Shown here one piece after another: positions 20,277 to 27,527 of a stretch of DNA of 64,000 nucleotides. How positions within the stretch are numbered: position 1 is the first letter of the stretch; each line of letters begins with the position of its first letter. The position numbers and the translations under genes were made by a program. The notes below the pieces were generated by a model that saw only the letters and a list, made by a program, of their open reading frames with translations, did no database searches and was not told the DNA's origin. This stretch comes from a virus: positions 1 through 64,000 of the IMG/VR virus record IMGVR_UViG_3300038465_000039. One strand, 5' to 3'.

Positions 20277-20431
20277 TCCACGCCATCTCAACGTGCGTGT
20301 TGATGGCGGGGTTGCTTCTTTGGTGGGTCTCTGACTGTGCCAACGTTGCTTATGGACAAAAGGGCTATTGTGCCGGTCCCGGTTGCACGCCTAACGGCTG
20401 CGGTCACTGGACTTTGGGGACAATGGGATGA
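20273..20431 (+). CDS. Small membrane/secreted Cys-rich peptide
   Basis: MIHAISTCVLMAGLLLWWV...CAGPGCTPNGC; ATGA coupling. Confidence 0.5.
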   Translation: MIHAISTCVLMAGLLLWWVSDCANVAYGQKGYCAGPGCTPNGCGHWTLGTMG

Positions 20432-20571
20432 GCACACTTCTTGCCTACGCCGATCTTTCTCCGGGCCTCGACGTCGACGGCATCGTGCGGGATTTTGTCG
20501 TAGGCATCAGCTTCCTGGGCGTTGGCTTGCTGGCGCTCGCAGGACTGGCCTTTGTGTGTTTGCGCCGATGA
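20428..20571 (+). CDS. 47-aa single-TM peptide
   Basis: MSTLLAY...FVVGISFLGVGLLALAGLAFVCLRR; ATGA coupling. Confidence 0.5.
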   Translation: MSTLLAYADLSPGLDVDGIVRDFVVGISFLGVGLLALAGLAFVCLRR

Positions 20572-20708
20572 CGTGCTGCGATGCCATCACATGGGCCGTC
20601 GTGGTCGCGGTGATCGGGGCCGCGCTCTACGTCTCGCCCGACTTCATCGGCTGGCTGCAATTCGCTTGGTATTGCCGGAATGGCTGTGCGGCGAGCTTCG
20701 GCGGCTGA
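20568..20708 (+). CDS. 46-aa membrane peptide with Cys
   Basis: MTCCDAITWAVVVAVIGAALYV...WYCRNGC; ATGA coupling. Confidence 0.5.
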   Translation: MTCCDAITWAVVVAVIGAALYVSPDFIGWLQFAWYCRNGCAASFGG

Positions 20709-20709
20709 C

Positions 20710-21189
20710 ATGATCCGGCTCCGCTTCGTCGAAGGCCAGGGCATCGCCTCCGATCTAATTGAGATACGCGAATCGGTTTGCATGCCGATCATCCCCTCTC
20801 ATGTCGAGTGCGTCGATCCTGAGACCGGAAAATATATCGGTCAGCACGCATCGGGCGGAATGCTGGCGCGTCTCCCGGGCTATGATGCACCATTCAAGGG
20901 GGAGTGCTTCGTCGACCTGCCCTGCACGCCGGAGCAGGAGAAGGCATTCTACGATGCAGCCCGAGCGTCTATCGGCGAGCCTTATGACCTTGTGGCGATT
21001 CTCGGCTTCGCGGTTCCCGGTCACTTCCACGACAAATTTCACGCGATCTGCTCGGCAAAAATGACGCTGCTGCTGCGCGACAAGGCCAACTGGTTTCCCA
21101 GCAAGGTCCCCTTGGCCGTGCCGTTCCATGATATTGATCCGCGCGACTTGCTTTTGATGCTAAGCTGCATCGTCGAGATTCCGCACTGA
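20710..21189 (+). CDS. Permuted papain-like (YiiX/NlpC-P60-type) protein
   Basis: SHVE...GEPYD...ICS order of catalytic His then Cys. Confidence 0.65.
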   Translation: MIRLRFVEGQGIASDLIEIRESVCMPIIPSHVECVDPETGKYIGQHASGGMLARLPGYDAPFKGECFVDLPCTPEQEKAFYDAARASIGEPYDLVAILGFAVPGHFHDKFHAICSAKMTLLLRDKANWFPSKVPLAVPFHDIDPRDLLLMLSCIVEIPH

Positions 21190-21213
21190 CCACTTACCAA
21201 CCAGGAGCATCAC

Positions 21214-21657
21214 ATGGCTTCCGTCACCGACACCGCCAACAAGGTCAACGTCGCGCTGCGCTATCTCGGGTCGAACGCCACCGGCGCGCTCACGCTGGCT
21301 GTCGCGCTCGGAAGCCTCTCGCCTGACCAGTCGGCCCTGATCATCTCCAAGATCCATGTCATGTACCAGGCGACGCAGGACTTCGTCGGCGCGTTCGCGA
21401 GCATCTGGTACATCGTGTTCCCGATCATCGCGGCGTGGCTCATGAAGATGGGCGTCAACTCATCCGGCTTCGGAAACATGATGGACAGAATCTTCGCTGC
21501 GGCCAAGGCGGGCAACGTCGACGCGAAGGTCGCGATCGTGAACGCGGCGGCATCTCCGGAGATCGGATCAACTGGCGTTGTCAATCCTGCGATGGCGGCC
21601 AATCCAGCGACCTCAGCCAATGTGGTTTCGTCGGCTTTGTCACTTCCAAAGACGTGA
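21214..21657 (+). CDS. Membrane protein, holin candidate
   Basis: AGGAG RBS; two hydrophobic segments; lysis region. Confidence 0.45.
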   Translation: MASVTDTANKVNVALRYLGSNATGALTLAVALGSLSPDQSALIISKIHVMYQATQDFVGAFASIWYIVFPIIAAWLMKMGVNSSGFGNMMDRIFAAAKAGNVDAKVAIVNAAASPEIGSTGVVNPAMAANPATSANVVSSALSLPKT

Positions 21658-21772
21658 TGCTAAAAGGCAACACGCCAGCATAATCGTTCCATTGCCGCTT
21701 CAAGAGGCTTGCAGTGCATCGGTGCGAGAGTAGCGTCCGCGCACTCTGCAACCCTCAATTTTGGAGACGGCA

Positions 21773-22522
21773 ATGAAACGAATTGTTCTCGCGGCACTCG
21801 CCGCTTCTCTGCTGATCGCGCCGCTGGCGCGGGCGGCTGATCTTCCTGCAAAGGCCCCGGCTGCGGCCACCATCAACTTCACGTATCCGACGCTCAACGG
21901 ACTCATCGTTGAAGTTTTCACCGAAGGCGGCGGCAGCTCCGTCGTCGCATCGGTCCCCGGTATTCCGCCGGCCAGCCTATCGACCACCACCGCCGGCATC
22001 GGCGGCACGCTCGGCTACATGTGGACTCCGAAGCTCAGCCCCGTATCGTTTTCGTTCGAAGGTCATCTTGAAGCTCAGAACTTCAACGGCAACAACGCGG
22101 GCATCAGCGTACAAGGGCCGCTGCGGCTTGAAGCCGCGGTCATCGCCTGGGCGCCGTGGTCGAGGGTCTTCGCGGCGCTGCCGTCTCTCTGGAATCCCTT
22201 CGCATCTCTGTCGCCGTTCACGCTGCCGGCTGGCTTCACGGCGCAGGGCAACGCGCTTGCCGGCCTCGGCCTATACGGCACCGGCGCCGACATCTCCACC
22301 GCCTATCAGGGCCTTCAGGCCGGCAAGGTGTGGCGCGTGAACCCGGGACTCGAGGCGATTACGGCGCAGCCGTTGGTCGGCGGCGGTGCGATTCGTATCT
22401 TCGCGAAGTGGGACTTCCTCGGCAACTCGAAGATTTTCGGAAGCGTTCCAGCGAACAGCAACCCTACCATTTCGACTCTCGGTACCAATGGTTACCGCGC
22501 TGGTGTCGGCTACGCGTTCTAA
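21773..22522 (+). CDS. Outer-membrane beta-barrel protein (Omp25/RopB-like)
   Basis: Signal peptide, then ADLPAKAP; amphipathic strands; C-terminal beta-signal RAGVGYAF. Confidence 0.75.
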   Translation: MKRIVLAALAASLLIAPLARAADLPAKAPAAATINFTYPTLNGLIVEVFTEGGGSSVVASVPGIPPASLSTTTAGIGGTLGYMWTPKLSPVSFSFEGHLEAQNFNGNNAGISVQGPLRLEAAVIAWAPWSRVFAALPSLWNPFASLSPFTLPAGFTAQGNALAGLGLYGTGADISTAYQGLQAGKVWRVNPGLEAITAQPLVGGGAIRIFAKWDFLGNSKIFGSVPANSNPTISTLGTNGYRAGVGYAF

Positions 22523-22544
22523 ACTGCATCGATTCTGTGCTACG

Positions 22545-22581
22545 AAAGGCCGGGGCCATCGCCCCGGCTTTTTCATTTTTT
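22545..22581 (+). terminator. Rho-independent terminator
   Basis: ggccggggc-catc-gccccggct stem followed by T tracts. Confidence 0.8.
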
Positions 22582-22594
22582 GAGGAACGCCAGC

Positions 22595-22972
22595 ATGTCA
22601 TTCCAGCAGATGCTGATCGACGGCCTGCTTCACACGGTTGCGTCGATTCACCCGGACTACAAACCGCTGATCGACTTCGCACTCGCACACGAGGACCAAC
22701 TTGAGAAGGTTGGGCCCGTCATCAAGGCCGCGGCTGAGGAAGGTCCCGGCGCATTCGCCGCGGCCGAGAAGGCAGCTCCGGAACTCGCCAAGGCAATTCG
22801 CAATCTGGCCGCGTCGATCGACGACATGCCGATGAACTCATCGACGCCGCCTGGAGTGGTCGAAGACCTTCACGCCGAGAATGTCACCCGACAGATCGTC
22901 GGCTTTCAGAAGATGACATCCGTAGAGGAGCGCGCCTGGATGGACCAGAAAACTACGGGCGTCGGATCGTGA
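22595..22972 (+). CDS. Hypothetical protein
   Basis: GAGGA RBS, phage-like codon use. Confidence 0.55.
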   Translation: MSFQQMLIDGLLHTVASIHPDYKPLIDFALAHEDQLEKVGPVIKAAAEEGPGAFAAAEKAAPELAKAIRNLAASIDDMPMNSSTPPGVVEDLHAENVTRQIVGFQKMTSVEERAWMDQKTTGVGS

Positions 22973-22981
22973 GGTTGGCGA

Positions 22982-23194
22982 GTGACCGACATGCAATGGA
23001 TGGATCTTGCGACGAAGGGCGGCGCCTATGTCGCACCATTCCTGATGGGGGCAATTTTATGGCTGCTGGTGGATCGCAAGCGATTGGTCGAAGAGAACAA
23101 GCAGAAGGATATTCGTCTCGTCGATTTGGCCGAGCGCGCGATCGCGGTGAATGCCGAGATCAGGATGTTCCTGTTTCAAGAGCGCAAGGCGTAA
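22982..23194 (+). CDS. Single-TM protein, holin-like candidate
   Basis: GGAYVAPFLMGAILWLLV TM then a charged coil. Confidence 0.5.
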   Translation: MTDMQWMDLATKGGAYVAPFLMGAILWLLVDRKRLVEENKQKDIRLVDLAERAIAVNAEIRMFLFQERKA

Positions 23195-23435
23195 CAGGGC
23201 TGCTTCGCCGCATGTTCGGCTGTCGTGCCGAGGCGAAGGGAGACGCCGCCTACCGCGAGGCAATGAAGGTGAGCGGCGATCTCATCCGAAGAATGCGCGA
23301 GACGTCGAATTCGACGGATGCTGCTCGTGCAATCATGGCAGACATCTGGCACCAAAATCACAACATTCCGTTCCTGACCACGGTCTATGAAGCGGTCCAG
23401 GAAGCAAAATCCGGTGAGGACCAGAAGCCCGGTCA

Positions 23436-23927
23436 ATGACAGATCCGGCCCTCATTCTGGAAACCCTGAACGGGGCGGCGATCGTGCCCGGCGTCATCTG
23501 CACCATTCTCTTCACGCGTTACATGGTGAAGGAAACGCACCGACGCGGTCTCCGCGGGCTGGACTGGTTTCATCTCCCGCCGAGCATGGACCTCATTCTG
23601 GCGATGTTCCTGTTTAATTCAGCGGTCCTCGGTGAGCGCGTCGTGAAATGGATATGGCGCCGTTTCTTCGGCGCCGATGATGTAAACGCCGGTGAAGCCG
23701 CAGGTATGATCCTGTTCGGATCGGTCATCATCATTGCATCCCTCTGCAAGATCCGTGCTCTCACGCGACCGGACTACGGCAACGGCCCGTGGATGGCATC
23801 GGTGGTTATGACGATCGGCGCGATCGTGGCGTTAATGATGCCTACGACGATCGGCGCACTCGCGGCGTTGGTGGTGGCTGCAACGATTGCAGCGTTGATT
23901 CTCATGTCATTGATACGGACCAGGTGA
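23436..23927 (+). CDS. Multi-pass membrane protein
   Basis: 4-5 hydrophobic segments. Confidence 0.6.
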   Translation: MTDPALILETLNGAAIVPGVICTILFTRYMVKETHRRGLRGLDWFHLPPSMDLILAMFLFNSAVLGERVVKWIWRRFFGADDVNAGEAAGMILFGSVIIIASLCKIRALTRPDYGNGPWMASVVMTIGAIVALMMPTTIGALAALVVAATIAALILMSLIRTR

Positions 23928-23945
23928 CGTGCTTAGGGAGGGGAT

Positions 23946-25139
23946 TTATATACATGACACCCTTACGGGTATCCAGCATATCTTTCCATCGGCACGCTTG
24001 TCGCACTCGACTGCGTTAAGCCGAAACGGACCAATCCCGGCCCGCTGTAGAACGACCTTCGCCGCGGCGACATCTCGGTTAAGGACACAGCCGCAGGGAC
24101 ACGAATGTGTCCGTTCGGAGAGTTCCTTTTTCTTGACGACACCACACTCAGGACAAGTCTGCGAAGTGAACTTAGGATCAACCTCAATGAGCGCGCCACC
24201 AGTTTTTTCGACTTTGTAGCGCAGGAAGTTGACCAACTTTCCCCAAGACGCATCGCGGACTTCGCGTGCCAGCATCCCGGCAGCGAGGCCCTTGATGTTT
24301 AGTTTCTCAACTGCGATCAGACCAAACTCTCGGACCAATGCGGCCGAGACTTGGTGCAGGTAGGTGTCACGTTGTCTGGCTATCTTGGCATGTGCAGCGG
24401 CAAGCCGATCTTTAACCTTGCCCCTCCGCTTTGACCCCCGTTTGCACCGCGCCAAGGCGCGGGACCGGCGCCGCACCTCTTTCTGAGCGCGCTTGGACGG
24501 CTTTGTGTTCGGGATCAGGTCACCGTTCGAAAGTGCTGCCAGTGTTGAGATGCCCAAGTCGACACCAACGGCGGGACTTGTATGATCCGTCGAGCACGGC
24601 ACTTCGACCGAAAAAAGAGCGTACCAGTGCTTTCCTTCGCGCTTGATCTTGAGTGCGATCGGATTGGACGGTAACTCGCGGTGGATGTGGACACGGACGG
24701 AACCGATGCCCTTTATGCGAAGGCGGCAACCCTTCAGCTTCCATCCGCCACGATCGGAGAACCCAAAAGTCTTGAACCATTCGCGACCACGGAATCTAGG
24801 GAAACCAGCCTTTGAGGCGCTTGATTTCACTCGTCGGAAGAATGCTGAAAATGCAAGATCGACCTGCTTCAGAGGCCAGCGCTGTAGAGCCACTGGATAT
24901 GCAGTCCATGCCGGATCGACCCGCAACTCGGTCAAAGCCTTACACTGATCCGGCCACGTACGACCTCTGCCAGTTTTCTGGTAGCAGTCGATGCGCTCCT
25001 GAAGCGCGGCGTTGTAGAGATCTCGGGTGTGATCCAGCGCGGCGCGCAAGTGCGCATGCTGTGCCGCGCTAGGAAGCAAGCGGCACTTGTACGTTAGAAC
25101 TTGCGTGGATATGATTTCGTCAGCCGACATGGAATTCAT
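23946..25139 (-). CDS. tnpB: RNA-guided endonuclease TnpB, apparently intact
   Basis: TYKCRLLPS, LYNAAL, GFPRFR; RuvC VGVDLG / IAVEKL / NRDVAAA; TSQTCPECG..CPCG Zn finger. Confidence 0.9.
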   Translation of the reverse strand: MNSMSADEIISTQVLTYKCRLLPSAAQHAHLRAALDHTRDLYNAALQERIDCYQKTGRGRTWPDQCKALTELRVDPAWTAYPVALQRWPLKQVDLAFSAFFRRVKSSASKAGFPRFRGREWFKTFGFSDRGGWKLKGCRLRIKGIGSVRVHIHRELPSNPIALKIKREGKHWYALFSVEVPCSTDHTSPAVGVDLGISTLAALSNGDLIPNTKPSKRAQKEVRRRSRALARCKRGSKRRGKVKDRLAAAHAKIARQRDTYLHQVSAALVREFGLIAVEKLNIKGLAAGMLAREVRDASWGKLVNFLRYKVEKTGGALIEVDPKFTSQTCPECGVVKKKELSERTHSCPCGCVLNRDVAAAKVVLQRAGIGPFRLNAVECDKRADGKICWIPVRVSCI

Positions 25140-25193
25140 TCTTCCATCGAGGTTAGGGCTGAGTTGGCGTTGCAAGCGCCGCTCGGCCCGATT

Positions 25194-25223
25194 GTTATGT
25201 TCCCGCATCGGCTGGGGTGTCAA
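25194..25223 (-). promoter_or_regulatory. Sigma70-type promoter for tnpB, -35 inside the right TIR
   Basis: Minus strand TTGACA-N18-CATAAC. Confidence 0.5.
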
Positions 25224-25405
25224 GTATATAATTTCCTTAGGGAGCGGGGGTGCGGTAGCGCCTCGTTCGGCAATGTGCAGCGTGGCGCTGCAAGTTCGGG
25301 CGTGACACCCATTCTGGCGTCAAGCGCTATGCCGCGGTGGTCGACGCCATGAGCTGACCGGCGTTGCGCGCCGTCCGGTCTAAGAACCGTCGATCTGAAG
25401 ACCAG

Positions 25406-25454
25406 AAAGCCCCCGGTCCGGTTCCTCTCAGGAGGGCCGGCCGGGGGCTTTTTT
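25406..25454. terminator. Long hairpin terminator at the convergence of + and - gene blocks
   Basis: aaagcccccggtccggttcct...aggagggccggccgggggctttttt. Confidence 0.8.
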
Positions 25455-25539
25455 GCGTTTGTGGGGTACCGAGATAGGCCACGACCCCACAAACCGCACC
25501 GGTGACGCTCTCAGGGCCGGGAAATGGCCTTCTGGCGCC

Positions 25540-26070
25540 CTACTTGTCCCTGATCTTCCAGAGCAGATTGAGGGTCGTGCCCGGGAGATCGGGGTCGAGG
25601 TCGGCGGCGTTGATGTGCTCCAGCTGGAGCGTGCACGGAAGTTTCACGTAATCCGCCATCCGTTGATCGAACGTGATGGCCTCAAGGGTGCCGGCCTTGA
25701 CCGGCGCCGACGGATCTTCCGAACTTGTCCGGCGGCTCATGATGTCGAGTTGGGCTTTTCGGTTTGCATCCTGTGCCTCCAATTGAATCTGTTGAAGCAG
25801 AAACAGATTGTGGCCCTGGATATCGCGGACCTTGGAGGAAAGCTTGTAGTGCAGGGCGGTGACCGATTCCGAAGGTTTGCCGGCCGCCACCACGGCCGTA
25901 TAGGGCTCGTCGAGCGCTTGAAGTCCGCGCGCGACACTCAGGCAGTCGCTTATCGTCATCTTGTTCGGTTTCAGTGCTTCGGTAGAGTCTTGCTTGACGG
26001 GGGCTTCTGCCGCGAAAGCTGGCGCGATCAGGAACGTGGCGAATAGGATCGTGAAAAAAAGGCGTCGCAT
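25540..26070 (-). CDS. Secreted helical protein, possibly DUF1617-like fibre-associated protein
   Basis: MRRLFFTILFATFLIAPAFA signal; GAGGAG RBS; YKL..K.R....NL and QLEHI...DL pattern. Confidence 0.55.
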   Translation of the reverse strand: MRRLFFTILFATFLIAPAFAAEAPVKQDSTEALKPNKMTISDCLSVARGLQALDEPYTAVVAAGKPSESVTALHYKLSSKVRDIQGHNLFLLQQIQLEAQDANRKAQLDIMSRRTSSEDPSAPVKAGTLEAITFDQRMADYVKLPCTLQLEHINAADLDPDLPGTTLNLLWKIRDK

Positions 26071-27094
26071 CTGTAGTTCTCTCCTCTGTGGTGAAGCTGC
26101 CGCGGCAGCGGGTGGTTGGTAGTTCTTGCCCAACTGCGCTAAATGACGTGAGCCCCCAAAATACTTTGTTGATATCGTGCATCAGATGCTCCAAGGCCAA
26201 ATCAAAAGCCATCCCCCGGCAGTAGCCGCAACGCCTGTACCAACGGTAAACTTCGACAGCCTCGCGCAGCATCTCGTCATTCTCCTTGCACGTCAGGGGA
26301 GCGGGCGCGGAGGGCGGCCTCAATTTCCTCGGCCATATCGTTGCACATGGCGTTCGCGGATTCGTCGTCGGCCGGGCAGAGCCAGTCGTCATAAGAGCCT
26401 CCGGCCGCGACTGCTTTCCCGGTCAAATAGCTACAGATGATCCGAGCGACCTTGTTCACGACTTGGGGCTCCGCAAGATCAAGCAAGACGCTGGTTTCAG
26501 GGGCGGTCATTCGATCTCCCTTCCGGTATCGACCCAGATCAAGACCGTCGGCGGAAGGCCGCGAGCGACGACGCGAGCGCAGTGCTTGCACAGGTTCGGA
26601 TCATCGGTCTGAAATTCGGAGTCCATCAAAAGCCAGTCCCCCGCGTCGATGTAGCAGAGCGTAAAGAGCTTGCCGGGATGCCGCGCATGATGAACGTCCC
26701 GGCGCCAATGCTGGTTGCCCTTCGCACCCTTCTGCACGGCCGGGCGAGGTTTGTTCGAGCAAACCAGCTCCACGGTGACAGGAGAACACCGCTCAATCAT
26801 AGCCGTACGACCTCGAAATGCGCTTCCACTCCGCATAGCCAGCGTGACGGGGGTCGTCCAAATTGTTCGGATCGCCGGGCTGCGTCGATATTTCCGAGAG
26901 AGGCGTGCCGAGCGGCCGATCTCCGCGAAACTCCTTCGCCGTCATGATTGGAACGTCGCCTTCCATCGGTTCGCGCTGGTAGTCGTCTCCGGCCGCCAGA
27001 TCGCAGGCGTCGCAATACCAGCCGCCGCAGATTCCGACCGATGGATCATCAGGCTCGTAGCTGTCTCGGATATCGGCGTCGCATTTCGGGCAAT

Positions 27095-27421
27095 TCATGC
27101 GTAGACTCCCTGAATTTCGGACGCTTTCTTTTCAGTGGCTTCGCCAAGAATGAACTGCACGTCGATCACGTCGCCGTCGCTCAGATCGTCCCAATGCTTG
27201 AGGATGTAGAGGTGCGCGTGGTGATAGGTCCGCGACCGCCAATCGAAAGCGTTGTAGGTCGCCTCGCCCTTATGGAGGTGTTGCAGGATGATGCAACGGC
27301 TTTCGCCGTAACCAGCACGCCTCAAAACGGCGGCCTGCTTGCCATTGGCTGGGGTGGCTTCCGTTGCCATCGCCGGGATGCAAGTTCCTTCGTCTCGAAT
27401 TTCAAGTAGCTTAGTGAGCAT
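27095..27421 (-). CDS. Conserved phage hypothetical protein
   Basis: GGAGGA RBS; KLLEIRDEGT..P, RTY..AH.YI..HWD.L..GDVIDV.FILGE. Confidence 0.6.
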   Translation of the reverse strand: MLTKLLEIRDEGTCIPAMATEATPANGKQAAVLRRAGYGESRCIILQHLHKGEATYNAFDWRSRTYHHAHLYILKHWDDLSDGDVIDVQFILGEATEKKASEIQGVYA

Positions 27422-27472
27422 TTCATCCTCCTGTTAATAAATTCAGCAGTTTGCAGACGGAGCCAGCGTTCG

Positions 27473-27487
27473 TAACCTTATAGGTTA
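27473..27487. promoter_or_regulatory. Palindromic operator TAACCT-TAT-AGGTTA over the -10 of a minus-strand promoter
   Basis: Perfect inverted half-sites; minus-strand TTGATA-N17-TATAAG; 4 related copies elsewhere. Confidence 0.65.
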
Positions 27488-27527
27488 GTCAGCGCGTTAT
27501 ATCAAGCCCCTTTAACCCCCAATTGCT

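Larger units (their letters stand above)
23941..25236 (-). mobile_element. Non-autonomous TIR element carrying only tnpB (22-bp TIRs, 8-bp TSD TTAGGGAG)
   Basis: Left end GGGATTTATATACATGACACCC (23941-23962); right end reverse complement GGAAATTATATACTTGACACCC (25215-25236); TTAGGGAG at 23933-23940 and 25237-25244. Confidence 0.8.

Noticed and set aside
23941-25236. IS607 or IS605 assignment for the first tnpB
   Set aside because: No serine recombinase or Y1 tnpA, and true TIRs plus an 8-bp duplication do not fit those families.
25245-25400. tRNA or tmRNA
   Set aside because: No cloverleaf with a T-loop GTTCRA and acceptor stem could be built.
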